Assembly (NCBI RefSeq): GCF_006345805.1
Contig: NC_043003.1
Span: forward strand, 38,626,001-38,690,000
Length of the DNA: 64,000 nt
Direction: 5' to 3'
Source: Octopus sinensis
Taxonomy: Eukaryota
Shown here: in pieces, positions 25,808 through 39,849 of the stretch
Layout of the letters: each line of letters starts with the position of its first letter
Numbering within the stretch: the stretch's first letter is position 1
Notes under the pieces: model-generated
Database searches by the model: none
Seen by the model: only the letters and a program-made list of their open reading frames with translations
What the model was told of the DNA's origin: nothing
Position numbers and translations under genes: made by a program

Positions 25808-26261
25808 TTAAGTTCATCCGGCTGAGTCAGCGTTTACCACGCATTGTGTTAGGAAATGCGTTGTTGTGATTTTTATTGCTGTTGATGTACTAACTACGTC
25901 ATCTTGCTTGGTGAACATTTTCCACACACATTCTTCTATTTTTGGTAGGCGATGAGCGAATTTTTTAACCTCTAATAGGAGGGAAAAGAACATAGCTTAT
26001 TTCCCAATTATGTAATGCAGACGAATCTAACTCAGTCTTGATGCGATTGTACTAAGATCGATTGAGCTATAAATGTCGGTGTGGGCGAGGAATATATATT
26101 GGAGGACAAAAATGTAGAAAAGTAAATGATTTGGACAAAAAAAAAACTTTTACGGAAGGAAACAGTCAGTCAAATCCTTGTTGTATCACTTCTCTATTAG
26201 GTAATGATAGCTATTTTGAAAGTTCACTGATCAACTATTATACCCGCCTCATGTATGTAAT

Positions 26262-27659
26262 TTTGTGTGGCCCAAAAGTTGGTTTACAGTTATTCAACTA
26301 CCTCTTTCACATTCATATATTAGCAGTTTAGAGATTAATTATAAAAAAAATATGAAATCATTATTCTATGCTAATTTAGTTAATTTTGTCAAGCTCGCTT
26401 TTCAGGTTGTAATTGTTTATTTTTATTTTTATTTTTTTACAGGTGCTGTAAAGTGTGAGCCATGGCAAATAATTTAAATCAAGAGCAAAGAAAGTGGATA
26501 CTAAAGTAGTATTGGAAGTCTGAAAACGCGGAACAGGTGCGCACAGCATGGCAAGAAGCCTTTCACACTGCGTACCTTCACGCCTGACAATTTATCGGAT
26601 AAGAAATAAGTTTGATGCTACAGGTTCAGTGAGTAATGCACGAAAATTTGGATGTCCTAAGACTTCTGTGACTGAAAAAAATGAGATGTTAGTGGCTATG
26701 ACATTTGTGAACAGTCCAAAGAAGTCCACACGGCGTGCTTCTCTAGAACTATCCATACTAAAAACATCATTGGAATGCCTAATGCATAAGCTGAAATTAA
26801 AACCTTTCCGTCCACGACTGGTACATGATCTTTTAGAGGATGACCCAGATCGCCGGCTGCAATTCTACGAAATAATGCGTGACCAAATTGCTAATGAGCA
26901 ACCAGACTATCTGGATAAGATCATCTGGTCAGATGAGGCTTGCTTCAAATTATCCGGTCATGTAAACAGGCATAACTGCGTGTATTGACCTGATGAAAAT
27001 CCCATTTGACCATGGAATCTCAACTGAACCAGCCTGTCGTTACAGGTTGGGGTGCACTCTCAAGCGAAAGTGATATCGGACCCGTTTTCTCTGATAGAAC
27101 TGTAAATGGAGAGAGCTACTTGGAAATGCTTCGTGACGTGGTAGTACCACAACTCAGAACCAAAGCTAACTTTGATGAACTGTTCTCTCAGCAAGGTGAA
27201 GCGCCTCCACATTATGCGTTGACAGTAAGAAACTACCTTAACCAAGCTCTTCCGCAGCGTTGGTTTGGAAGACAGAGCAGCATCGAATGGCCACCACGTT
27301 CACCTGACCTGACACCAACGGATTTCTTTTTTTGGCGGGGTGGGGGGTTATAAAGAACAAGGTTTATGAGAAGAATCCCAAAACAGTAAATGAATTAAAA
27401 GATTACATTTCTAACTCATTCACTGAAATTGATGGAGAATTTGTGTCGTACTGTGTGTCAGTGTGTTCTGAAGAGGTTTGAAGAATGTTGCAATGTTGAA
27501 GGAGGGCATTTTGAGCATCTGGGAGATTAAACATTGTCTGTTTAAGATGTGCATAAACAATATGATTGTAATCTAGAAATTTAAATGTAACAAAATGTTT
27601 TAAAAGAAATTTAAAATACCTACGTGATTACTGTAAAACTAATTTTGAATCACCTTGTA
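26262..27659 (+). mobile_element. Tc1/mariner DD41D (rosa/Visitor-type) transposon, pseudogenised
   Basis: ATG 26462 (MANNLNQEQRKWILK), IIWSDEACFKLSGHVNRHNCVY, QQ(G)EAPPHY...WPPRSPDLTPTDFFFW with 41 residues between the second and third catalytic positions; imperfect TIRs; stops and frameshifts. Confidence 0.88.
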
Positions 27660-27668
27660 GTTTATATA

Positions 27669-27882
27669 CGAGGGGATGCTGAAAAATTCTTGACTTTGGA
27701 TAAAAGAAAATACAGGAAGATCAGTTAATTATGATTTTATTCAACATATTCCTCTCTCAGATTCACACATTGCAGCGGTCCTGCAGTTTTTCTAAGCGCT
27801 GTAAAAGAACTCGGAAGGTTGGGCTTCCAGCCAGGATCTTTCGCAATACCCATAAAGCCAGGAACTTTTCAGCATCCCCTCG
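27669..27882. mobile_element. Mariner-derived MITE (214 bp)
   Basis: TIRs CGAGGGGATGCTGAAAA / TTTTCAGCATCCCCTCG, preceded by TA. Confidence 0.85.
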
Positions 27883-28479
27883 TTCTAATCCTTTAGTAAA
27901 TAAACACAAGGAATTTGTGCGGCTTTATGCTACCCTGACAGTGCTAATAAGGGTTTAGCATTGTGAAAAAGAGAGCATGTGGCAAAGGCGCTGATAATAT
28001 AGTTTTCTGGATTCATATGAGACATGATAAGAACATCAAGAAATACGAAGACAAGTTAAAGCTGACTGCTACATTTATTTCGCCACTAAAAGAAAATACA
28101 GCGACTGGTACACACGGATATTTCTGTTAATGAAAATACATAGGTTCACTGTGCTTCTTGTTCATGTTGAGGTGCGCGGGAAAATCACAAAGCATGATGA
28201 CAAGAAAATCTCCTGACAATTCTCTCCTCATTGAAGCTGCGAAGCGGAATAAAACTGCTCTCATACCGAAGATCCAAACTCGCTCGTGACGACACCACAC
28301 TGAGGGATTAACAGTAAAAGCTTCCCATACATAGCTGATGTTGGCACGCTTGGCTAGTTTAGCACGTTAAGGTGTGGACAGCCCGGGTAAAGCTAGATGG
28401 ACTCGACCATCATGTGATGAGCCAAAATGTGGGTACCTAAATGTAAAGAGCGAACATGCTTGCTAGAAGGGTTTCAAAT

Positions 28480-28690
28480 TCTGGTTACAAGGCCATCAAC
28501 TTATTGGGGTCGGGATTTAGCCGATTATATCGATTTCAGTACTTGACTGGTACAATATTTTCTCGACTTCGAAGAGACGGAAAACAAAGTCAACCTCAGC
28601 GGAATTTGAACTCAGAACTTAAAGAACCAGAAGAAATGCCGCTAAGCATTTTGTCCGACTTGCTAATGATTCTGCTAGCTCGCCGCCTTA
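28480..28690 (-). mobile_element. SINE family B, diverged
   Basis: GGAATTTGAACTCAGAAC...CTAGCTCGCCGCC. Confidence 0.75.
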
Positions 28691-29739
28691 ATGTCAGTGC
28701 TAAAATATTGAATTCTTCTGTTGGCGAAGATTTTGGAGTGGCATACAATCGATTTATATTGTCGCCCTGGAGGTACGAAAGGTAAATTCGTTCCCACCGT
28801 GATTTGAACTCATAACCTAAAGGGGCATAGATAAATACTGTAAGACACTGAGATTGCCCTACACATATTCTGCCCCCAACGACATCGACATGTTAATCAT
28901 AAAATATAATCTGCCCGCTAACTGGTCACAAAGGAAATGAAATGTGTGTCATATTTATTACATTTCTTTTGTGCATATGTGTATGTGTGTGTGTGTGTGT
29001 GTGTGTGTATACTTTCGTGTTTATGTAAAGAATCAAAAAGAAAAACGAAAACATTTCATTAGTCATAATTTTATCTCGTGGCATACCAAAATTAACAATT
29101 TTCAATTCCAATTCTTTTCTTGTCGATATAAACCGCCACTGGCTTAAGAATTCCAATAAATATTCAGCTGAAAATTGTTATCTGTAACTTTTAAATAGCG
29201 ATAAGTATTCTCTTCCTCCTTCTCTCTCTCCCCACTCCCTTCTCTCTCTCACATGTACTAAAAAATGAATTGCAATAAATAAGGAATAAATAAGGAATAA
29301 ATACCCAGGAATAAATAGTTTCTGTATGATTGTGACAGATTCCGCAGAGTACTGGTAAAGGGATTAGATAGCTTCTGTAGAGTATCAGTAGAGGGATTAA
29401 ACAGCTTGAAAACTGGACGTGTTAGAATAGATTGATCAATATTTCAGTGGACAAAGACAAGCAGACGATAGTATTTTTGTCATGTATTCAGGTTGGGTAT
29501 GTAACACAAACGTGAATCTTCTACCCAAAATAAATCAATGAAACATCTGATGTATCCACGAAGTTAATCCCAACACCCATACAGAAGAAAATAAAATATG
29601 GCAGGGTCGATTTGGTTATTTCTGATGACCCGAACCAGATTGATTTTTCAATAGTGTTTGCGAATTAACAATTTTCCATTGTGGATGCATTTATTATAAG
29701 CTGCTGGGAAATTGTTTTGGAAATAGAACAAGGCTGGTA

Positions 29740-30040
29740 GATAAGAGAGCGAGGATATTTTATTGATGCAGACACCGTTACAAGAAGAAATAAAGGAAAA
29801 TGCATTACTTATTTCCAAGTATACTGACAATAATTTCAATTTTGTAAGAAGGTAAAGGAAAGAAAAAAGAAAGAAAAATAGAACAGACTGAGGTGAAGAC
29901 GTTGAGCTGCTGAACACACGGTTAAGAGTTCAAACCTTAGTATTTCAACCATCATTACGTTGTATCCCTAATGAAGAGCTGTAACTCAACTTGGCTCAGT
30001 TCGCACGGTTGAGCTAAAATTACAGCTAGGTGATTTGTCT
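29740..30040 (+). mobile_element. Decayed Penelope-like 3' end (GIY-YIG tail plus degenerate hammerhead)
   Basis: Translates EEIKENALLISKYTDNNFN at about 29783-29840, followed by CCCTAATGAAGAGC...GAGCTAAAATTACAGCTAGG. Confidence 0.35.
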
Positions 30041-30876
30041 TTTAATTATTCCAATATAATTTAATGTCATCAAATACAATAACACTGTTTATTAGCTCAA
30101 TAGATGGTCGATTCATATGCCAGAAATCTTAATGTCAAGGACAGTAACAACACATTTCTTTAACTGATAATTTCTAGTGGGATTTTTGTCTCCCTCCCCA
30201 CAACAGAACCAGACTAAAAATGTTTTCAGCGGGCTTCCGCTACATTATCATCTAGTGACAGACTAGATGAGAGAGGGAAAGAGAGAGAGAGAGAGAGGGG
30301 GTGCTTTGCAAAAAGTGAAAGTAATACCAAGAGTGGAAGTATTCCAAAGAGTTTCAAGTACTTTAAAGCTCTCTTTCTTAGAATTCAAAAAGCTATTCGT
30401 ATCCTTTTATCGTCTGGATAATGTTTACAACGAATTCCTGAATTATTTTGTTAATGTCACTGCTGCTACCGTTGCTGATATCATTATTGGCCGAACTGTT
30501 TTTTCCCCCTCGACGCTTTCACTCATCCTGTCAATTTTCCTTCGAATTGTATCCTGCCATCTTAAAAACGGATGAACATATTGAATAAAGTGATCCAGAA
30601 TGTATTATTCCAGTAAAGAATACTGCTACCACAGTAAAAAGGATAATATTCTATTAAAGCAGTAATGGGGTTGATTTAATTGCTGTCACAAAATCGGTCC
30701 TCACGACGTAAAGGCTCATGGGATTCTGCATCATTATAAAAGATAGGGATTTCAAACTTTGACATGAACACACTTGACCGAATCCCAATGACCACGACTA
30801 GAATGCCATTCGAACAATGTAGCTAGTTCGATTACCACATAATCATATTTATCTGTAGATAAATAAGATTACGTGG

Positions 30877-31300
30877 TGTAGTGAGTTCTAGAATCGAACT
30901 TAAAATTCTCATTGGGGACCATGTGTAGGTCACGCTGTCCTGATTATCAACCAATCAGCCTGCAGCTATATCATGTCATATAATGAATTTCGTCAATACT
31001 GTCCTTGAAGTTCCCGTGCTTTTCTCAGTTTTAAAGCGGCCACCAGAGAACACATATTCTCACCTCTCGCCTCAAGCAAGTCAGAGCGCGACCTAGTATA
31101 GCAGAAACAAATTTTCCTTTGCTAAATCTAACTAGAAAGGAACTTTTCACGATTGCTGACGAACTCTTTCCTGCTTCTCGAGACTTACTAATCATTATTA
31201 TGCATATTTGTCATACTGAAGTTCGTTTCTGGTCTCGCTACATTAGCACCAGCAACCATAAACTTATATTCAATTGTTCTCTTCTTCAATAAATCTTACA
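30877..31300 (+). mobile_element. Solo-LTR-like unit
   Basis: TGTAG start, CCAATC box, TTTTAAAG TATA-like box, AATAAA just before the TTACA end; no TSD. Confidence 0.45.
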
Positions 31301-32170
31301 ATGAAAATATACAGCTATGTTCGCATCTGTTTATCATGGTATAACACGCAGCCAGAACAATAACTAATAGCTCACCAGTAAATCTCAGAAATTGACGAAA
31401 ACATATCCTTTCCGACGCGATTGTGGTAATCGATCCTCAGGTAAATATCTAATACAGAACACTTGACTGAGAGTTGCAGTTACCATTTCCAGCCATTGGT
31501 AGAACACGATGTCAGAAGACTAGCTGCACTGATTAGGTAGGAGTGGTTTCGTGACAGACTCTTGAAATGAAGAAGTATTTCCTTAAATCACACTACTCTC
31601 GATAAGATCGTTTTGAATATATAAAAAGATAGAATTTTCATGGATGCAACGCTTTTAAATGTAGGTCGACGCTTTTTGTATTGACTTGGAGCTAATCGGC
31701 TACGACAACAAACAAACGAGGGAGATTATATATGCTCACGATCTTCTAAAAAAAAAAAAATAGCTGTTAAATTTCTCTCAAGTCCACCACCACCGCTTAT
31801 CACCAAAACTTAGCCATTCGGCATAAGACACAGAAAGAATAAGTATCAGGCTTAAACATAAGTACTTGTGGTCTATTCGTTCGGCTAAAACCCGTCAATG
31901 CAGTGATACAGCAATGGCTGAAACAAGTAAAAGATGTATTAGATCTCAGCAAATAACGATGAGTAAGGGTTCTACAAACTAACGAAGGAGACCCTCTCAA
32001 CGTGGTTCCTCAATCTTCTAGAAATAATAGCCAAACCTTTCTCAATTCGCTCCCTGCTGTATTAAATAAAGCACTAAATCGTTGGATAATGTAGTTCCAG
32101 GCATAGCCTTAAAAAAGATAGGCTAGTGACGGCTAGAATGCTTTTTGATTATATATATATATCTGCTGGA

Positions 32171-32404
32171 GGAATCCAAGTAAAAAAAGTCACAGGAAAA
32201 AAAGTCACGGTAATAAAGTCACATGGACTTTGTCCGGGATGGTGTTGTCCTAGTGCGGTTTTGTCCGGATCTCATAAATTAACTGTGACTTCTTTTCCTG
32301 TGACTTTATTATCGGCCACCATAAATTAATTGTGACTTTTTGTCCTAGCCAAAATTGTGACTTTATTACTGTGGCTTTTTTCTTGTGACTTTGTTTCTGG
32401 TCAC
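32171..32404. mobile_element. MITE/foldback with AAAGTCAC subterminal repeats
   Basis: AAAGTCAC x3 on the left, GTGACTTT repeats on the right; flanking direct repeat CTGCTGGA at 32163-32170 and 32405-32412. Confidence 0.8.
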
Positions 32405-32694
32405 CTGCTGGAATAGGTCAAAACTTGGGACTAAGCTACAATAAGAGTTGTTGCGTTTGATTCGTGTTTTTGCTTCTCAAATATGAATGCGAATATTGCA
32501 TCTGACAAAATGATTCATCTCAAAACATCCACGAACCATCACTATTAATATGTAGATTTTTTTTTCTTCCTAATCCAACAAGAATTCGGTGGCTTATTTG
32601 TCACTCGTGTTCAGTATAAGTATATGTACATACACTTCTTTACTCGTCAGCCATTAATGCGTAAACGTACTAAAAGCATACACTTTGTTGCGAT

Positions 32695-32760
<66 letters not shown>

Positions 32761-32881
32761 GTTAATCCAAACATGAAAACACAAAGAGAAAACACAACAG
32801 CGCGAGGACGCGGAACAAGTATAGTATTATTGGACGCTCAGGAAAGAAGGAAAGAAGTGGGGCTTAACGTTTCGAGCGGAG

Positions 32882-32883
<2 letters not shown>
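32761..32883 (-). mobile_element. pLTR-type family P1 fragment, truncated inside the hammerhead
   Basis: Same sequence as 39444-39620; stops at GTTTCGAGCGGAGC then (TA)n. Confidence 0.8.
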
Positions 32884-32913
<30 letters not shown>

Positions 32914-33904
32914 TTTGTCCATCTCGCTCGCCACGAGATAACATATTTTATTAAAATATCGACCGATCGTAGTCGTACATACATTGTAACTATATATATT
33001 TTAACACGTATCAGTTGAGTAAATCTATTCAACAGTTTATACATCAATAACAACTCTACTGGGGCAAATAATTGTTTAATAGTTGAAGTTATTGATGGAA
33101 ACATTACATAAGATGTGAATAAATATCATTAGTCAGAATGATGGGCTCTATGGAGGATTAACAATGTTGAAATATGAAACCGTCAATCATATGTATATAG
33201 CTGTTGTTGTTGTTTTGCTCTATGTCAGCCGACATTGAGTAAATCACTGTGTTCAAGGCACTCCAACCATGATCATCCAGTCAAATCGTGTTTATGAACT
33301 CATCAAGATGTAGGGGGGGCGGAATCAGCTAAGTTACTATGACTACGAACAGTTTGGACTTTTGCTTTGAGGACAGCGGGCTCGTTTCATTAGCTAAAAT
33401 TGTGTCACTTTGAATGCTTTTATCTCGTTAATTATTGGTCTTTAGAAAATAAAATAAATGCGATATTCGTCATTTGCATGCAAAACTACATCTATGTGCA
33501 AAATTTGAAAACAATCCATTGCGTATTGGCTGCATTTTCTTGCAGGACGATTGATCACATAGAGCAGTCAGTCATAAGCAACCTGCGGTCCAAGGGACTT
33601 TTTGCATGGCATGCTTAACGAAAAATGACCTTGAATTTTTTTTCAGAAGTGTGGCCTACTGATGATAATCCATGTCTTATGCAGTCCGCTTCTCGTAAAA
33701 GGCTGTCCCTACCCTGACATAGAGGCTCTCTCTCTCGTTGGTTAAAACAAGCGCAAACGCACACGAACGCACACATACGCACGCATTCACACTCAAGTCA
33801 AGAACTAAAACTGGTTGGCTTCCCACCAAAGGATCAACGGTTAGTATTCTGGCATCATCGTTCTCACTAAAAACAAATATCAACAGCCCAGTACATCCCG
33901 GTAA

Positions 33905-34136
33905 GGCGGCGAGCTGGCAGAAACGTTAGCACGCCGGGCGAAATGCTTAGCGGTATTTCGTCTGCGTTACGTTGAGTTCAACTTCCGCCGAGGTCGACTT
34001 TGCCTTTCATCCTTTCGGGGTCGATAAATTAAGTACCAGTTATGCACTGGGGTCGATGTAATCGACTTAATACCTATGTCTGTCCTTGTTTGTCCCCTCT
34101 GTGTTTAGCCCCTTGTGGGTAATAAAGAAATAGGTA
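33905..34136 (+). mobile_element. SINE family B, young full copy
   Basis: GGCGGCGAGCTGGCAGAAACGTTAGC...AAAGAAATAGGTA. Confidence 0.92.
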
Positions 34137-34630
34137 TACGTAGGTACCTTACTGGTGTACACTAGTACAGCACATCACTGTAAGAAGCAGCAGCAGCAGC
34201 AAAACTAAAATACGGATTTCTTTTTTGTTTATTTTTTACTTAACTACGTGGTCCTGTATGAACTTTACTTATTAAATCTAATTTCCTGTGTTTTCTGCTT
34301 GAACAGTCATTTGTCATCTCTTCTTTTTATAATAGGGTGAGGTCCCACTTTTCTTCTATTAACTAGCCATTCAACAATGAAGTATGGAGAGGTGGTACCT
34401 GTTTTTCTTTAATCAAGCAAACTGGACTTGGCAGAGATATCGTCTTGTTCAAGGTCACACACAACACAATGGATAAAGTTTTGAACTGTGGTCAGTATAG
34501 TTCGACAGCTTAGCCTGGTAACAAAGCAAGAAAATTTGAATGAAGAAAGCTTTCTAAGGGAGAGGATGTTAACCAGTCAGTGCACCAATTAACATAGAGT
34601 GAATACCTATTAATATATTATAACTCATTA

Positions 34631-35435
34631 AGGCGGCAAGCTGGCAGAATCATTTGCACGCCGGGCAAATTACTTAGCGGCATTTCGCCCGTCTTCACGT
34701 TCCGAGTTCAAATTCCGCCAAGGTCGACTTTACCTTTCATCCTTTCGGGGTCGATAAAATATGTACCAGCTGAGTGCTGGGGTTGATGTAATTGACTTAC
34801 CCTGTCCCACAAAGTTGCTGGACTTGTGCCAAAATTCGAAACCAATATATTATAACTCACTAAGGTGGCAAGCTGGCAAGATGCTTAGCGGCATTTCGTT
34901 TGTGTTCATACGTTCTGAGTTCAAATTCCGCTGAGATCGACTTTGCCTTTCAGAATTTTTGGGGTCGATGCAATCGATTTTCCTCTTCCGCCGAAATCGC
35001 TGTCCTTGTGTCGAAATTTGAAATCTAGGGCAGTGGGTTGGAAGGATCGTTAGCACGCCGGGAGATAGGCTTTGCGGCATTTCATCTGCGTTCACGTTCT
35101 GAGTTCAAATTCTGCCGAGGTTGACTTTGGTTTCCATCCTTTCGGGGTTGATAAAGTAAGTACCAGTTGAGCACTGAGGTCGATGTAATCGACTTATTCC
35201 CATCTCCTGAAATTGCTGGCCTTGTGTCAAAATTTGAAATCGATATATTATAACACACCAAGGCAGTGAACTTCGCAGACATGTTAGTACGCCGAGCGAA
35301 ATGCTTTGCAGCATTTCGTCCTCCAGGGTTGACATTGCTTTGATCGATGAAATAGCTGTCAAGCACCGGATCGATGTAATTGACTTATACCCTCTTCCAA
35401 AATTTCTGGCCTTGTGCCAATATTTGAAATCAATA
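34631..35435 (+). mobile_element. Cluster of four tandem SINE family B variants
   Basis: Repeated heads and cores, each ending CTTGTG(C/T)CAAAATT(C/T)GAAA. Confidence 0.85.
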
Positions 35436-35849
35436 TATATTAACACTCAGTAACTTTACACATCAAGCCATTTATTCAGAAAACAGTTTGTACAAATGAG
35501 TGCATAAAAATTGGAAATGAATGCTAGCCACGACATTTACTTTAATACTCTCTACAACCGACAGAATTTGTATTGCTTTTGTAGCTCAGTTTTACAATTT
35601 GTGGTGGAATGTTGTGGAATTGTGTCGCGAATTAGACCGTAGAAATGCAACGAAGCGCACATGCGCGTACACACACACACACGCATACACACACACATAC
35701 TCGCACTCATGTACGCACGCACACACACGATAACAATGACGTTCCTCATCATCTTGAAGTTCTTTCTTTTTCTCACTGACCACCATTACGGCTTCGGTAA
35801 AGCCAGATCCACTGGAGACTTCCTCTCTTATGTAACTCAACAGTCTTCC

Positions 35850-36075
35850 CTCGCTTAAGAACTTCGCCGAAAGCTATGTTATTGCTCTCGATATTATGGT
35901 TACTGTATTGAAAGTGTTTTGCGTAGGATGTGTGCAGTGCCCAGCAGTGCAATTTTCTGTATGTTATATATATTTGTAAGTCCTGGTGTTTTTGTTATGT
36001 ATTTGTCTGAATATTTTTTTATCATACCTAATGCGCCTACTATGATAGGAATTGTTTCTGTTTTTAGATTCCTAT
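35850..36075 (-). mobile_element. R4/Dong-clade LINE 3' fragment abutting a (TAA)n/(TGA)n microsatellite
   Basis: TIPIIVGALGMI...IQKIALLGTAHILRKTL is the typical RLE C-terminus of R4/Dong; Dong elements target TAA repeats. Confidence 0.85.
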
Positions 36076-36095
36076 TATCATCATCATCATCATCA

Positions 36096-36178
<83 letters not shown>

Positions 36179-36564
36179 ACAATGCGGGGGGCGGCGAGCT
36201 GGCAGAATTGTTAGCATGCCGGGCAAAATGCTTGGCGTTATTTCGTCCGTCTTTACGTTCTGAGTTCAAATTCCATCGAGTTCGACTTTGCCTTTCATCG
36301 ATTCGGGGTCGATAAAATAAGTACCAGTTGAATACTGGGGTCGAAGTGCCAAAATTCGAAACTATTATTATCACAACGCGTTGGTCGAAAAACTACAGTA
36401 TCTTACCTATCAACGGAATTGTATACATTAAGTATGATACATAGATAGCTATTTTAATGTAACACTGCTTCATTTGCGTATATCGGATTTGCAAATGTAA
36501 TGACATAGAAAAAAGAAACTAGATAAAAATCTAGTTAAGCCATTTAAGTTGTAACGACAAAATG

Positions 36565-36616
<52 letters not shown>

Positions 36617-36672
36617 GCGGCAAAGCAATCTCTGTATATCTTGTGTGTACGTGTATGTATGCCTCATACATC

Positions 36673-36808
<136 letters not shown>

Positions 36809-36833
36809 GTGTGTGTGGTGTGTGTGTGAGTGT

Positions 36834-36886
<53 letters not shown>

Positions 36887-37156
36887 CGCGTGTGTGTATG
36901 TATATAAACACAAAATGGGACAAGAACGCAAAACATTCAAATAGACGATACAAAAAACACGGACGGGTCATTCGAAGCCTCTAATAGTCAGTCAAGAACC
37001 GGATCATCCTCGCAATTTCGGCTGACGCACACACTCACACACACGCGCGCGCAGCATGTATGTATATATACGCGCGCGCACATGTATGTGCGTGTGTGTG
37101 TGTGCGTGTGTGTGCGTGTATGTATATATATAAAACTATGTATGTGTGTGTGTATC

Positions 37157-37192
<36 letters not shown>

Positions 37193-37202
37193 TGTATGTA
37201 TG

Positions 37203-37239
<37 letters not shown>

Positions 37240-37574
37240 GTCAGTCTGTCTGTCTGTCTGTCTGTATGTATGTATGTATGTATCTATCTATCTATCTATG
37301 TATAGAGGCCAATATACAAGTTGGTTAAGGAGTGTTAATATAACATTTAATGGTAGGGTCTTCTTGTGATTGGTGACATGACATTTTGACACAATCATGC
37401 GGAAAAAGCCAGTATGAGTCAGCGTGTGACGTATGTGCATTGCTTTACGATTGTCATTCCCCACCCGTCACCGTGTAATGCTGGTCCCGGACATCTACGT
37501 TGCCTAATGATTGACATCACTCCTACCCGATATCGCCACCATCGCTTTATCTGTTATAGCTACCAAGACGGCTG

Positions 37575-37733
37575 TCAACCCCCCAACACTGCCATCAACA
37601 ACAAGATGAAGAATATGAGTAATAACGGAACGAGTGTCACCATCACCGTTACAACGGGGAAAGAAGTACTCTGCATGAAATGTTTTTGCGAGTTCAAATC
37701 CAAACGTAAAACCATGGAAAAGTCCGAAATGTT
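37575..37733 (-). CDS. Candidate terminal exon encoding a hydrophobic C-terminus (TM or GPI-signal-like); strand and frame uncertain
   Basis: Long polypyrimidine tract + CTCAG acceptor, then 52 codons NISDFSMVLRL...VVTVMVTLVPLLLIFFILLLMAVLGG*; a competing plus-strand ORF 37414-37737 exists. Confidence 0.25.
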   Translation of the reverse strand, partial: NISDFSMVLRLDLNSQKHFMQSTSFPVVTVMVTLVPLLLIFFILLLMAVLGG

Positions 37734-38335
37734 CTGAGTGAATGTGTATTTGGGGGAGGGAGGGAGAGATAGAGGGGAGAGAGAGAGAGAGGGAAAGGAA
37801 GAAAGAGAGAAAGAGAGAAAGAGAGAGAGAGAACGAGAGAGAGAGAGAGAGGGAGTTAAAGAGAGAAGAGAGAGGAGTATAAAAGATGAACGTCTCAAAA
37901 TATTTCCTCATCCGACAACGGTTCGTGGTCGTTCGAGTCGCTAGAAACAGCAGTAACAACTTCCTTATCACATACTATCATCTGAAGAAAAGGGAAGTAC
38001 ACGTTGGATAGCAAGGTCCTAATACATTGTACTTGAGAATATTATGAAATGGCCACGTCTTGATCGCTTTTGTGCAACCATGCCCCTCGCTAAGGGGGCC
38101 GGGGCACTGGACAGTACTGCACTCTCACTATTCATCGGTGCACCATCAGATTTAGAAAATACAGTTTAGAAATTAGTGCCCAAGTATCAAAGTCTGGCGA
38201 CAGGCCGTACGCAGTGGTCAACTCGATCATGGTTAATCTGCGGCAGAGAAATATGTTTCAATTACTTTCATATTTCATTCTCTTCCCCCGCTTCTTCCTC
38301 CCACTTCTCTCCCCCCTATCTCTCTCTCTCTCTCT

Positions 38336-38379
<44 letters not shown>

Positions 38380-38779
38380 TGCACGCGCACATATACGTAT
38401 GCACAGGTACATATACATATGGTATGTTATGATTTAATATGATACATATCTGGTAATTGCTTCATCTTGTCAGATGATAGCTATGGCTTAATGAAACATC
38501 CGTACATCATTAGCGTATAAGAAACAAACGCTTAGATTCCATGTACATATGCCATTCTCTGAATATCCATCGTTCAATAACCAGTGACAGACAATGAACA
38601 AGATGACCGGAAACAATTTCCACTTTGAGATTTTATAAGAGGGAAGGGAGCTTCTAGATTTTCTAATAGATGGATATTCACATATTATCAGGAGTTCGAA
38701 TTTTTAGCTTCCGTCTCAAAGTGTTGTTTGACTATCCACACAGATACAAATCTTCGTATTTCAAAGTATCCGAGCAAAA

Positions 38780-39225
38780 TATATGAAGATTGGGTTGAAA
38801 GTAAATCAAAAGTGGGCATGAATTTTTAATAACTGACAGGTCGTTCAAATTGCACATGTTGGTTAAAAAATTCTACGTAAGTTGTTAATTATCTTTTTGT
38901 TCATTTTCATTGCAGGTAAATAATGGGTTCCAAGCAGAAGCAACGTGCTGTTATTGAGTTCTTGACGAAAGGGAGTTACAGACTGTCTGACATCTATAGA
39001 ATGCTACACAGGGCCGGCTCAAGGTAACGGAAACTCGGGCAGTCAGCCGGGGCGCCATGTACTAGGGGGTGCCAAGAAGAGCGTGACAAAGTCAAGGAAA
39101 TTTCCACGACCGTTAGCTTGTACACGCCAAAGTTCAACTTTCCCGGGGTGTCAGCAACCCTAAGGCCGGCCGGGGTGCTACAGGTTGTTTCTGGAACATG
39201 GCTATACCGTGAATTACGAGTGACA
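38780..39225 (+). mobile_element. Mariner 5' fragment
   Basis: MGSKQKQRAVIEFLTKG...DIYRMLQVVSG, interrupted by a MITE. Confidence 0.7.
39009..39174. mobile_element. hAT-type MITE with 8-bp TSD
   Basis: CAGGGCCGGC...GCCGGCCGGG termini; TSD ATGCTACA (39001-39008) / GTGCTACA (39175-39182). Confidence 0.8.
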
Positions 39226-39241
39226 TACATACATACATACA

Positions 39242-39274
<33 letters not shown>

Positions 39275-39353
39275 GCATGCATAAATACAGACATACAGAG
39301 GCGCGCACACACGCGCGCACATATATCCACACATAACACAAACACACACACAT

Positions 39354-39384
<31 letters not shown>

Positions 39385-39402
39385 CATATGTATATATACA
39401 TT

Positions 39403-39448
<46 letters not shown>

Positions 39449-39530
39449 ATCCAAACATGAAAACACAACGCGAGGACGTGGAACAAGTATAGTGTTATTG
39501 GACGCTCGGGAAAGGAAAGAAAGAAGGAGG

Positions 39531-39565
39531 ATTTAACGTTTCGAGCGGAGCTCTTCGTCAGAAAC
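39531..39565 (-). ncRNA. Minimal type I hammerhead ribozyme in pLTR family P1 (element about 39444-39620)
   Basis: GTTT-CTGACGA-A-GAGC-TCC-GCTC-GAAAC-GTT-AAAT; canonical core. Confidence 0.85.
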
Positions 39566-39849
39566 ATAGAAAAAGGAAAGAACTAAGGAAGGGAAGACGG
39601 AGGAAAAAAATCGCCAAATGTATATATATATATATATATATATGTGTATGTATATGTATATGTATGATGGCCACTCGCATCGATTTCTATGTATGAGTGT
39701 TTGAAAGGAATAGTTTAAAATAAGAAAGGAAAGAAGAAAGAAGTTTAAGAATAGAAGAAGCTGCATCTATTTGCGAAGGATGCGTGAATGTGATTTGAGT
39801 TCAGTTATGGATTTTGCTATGAAATCACAATGAGGGCAATGACAATTCT

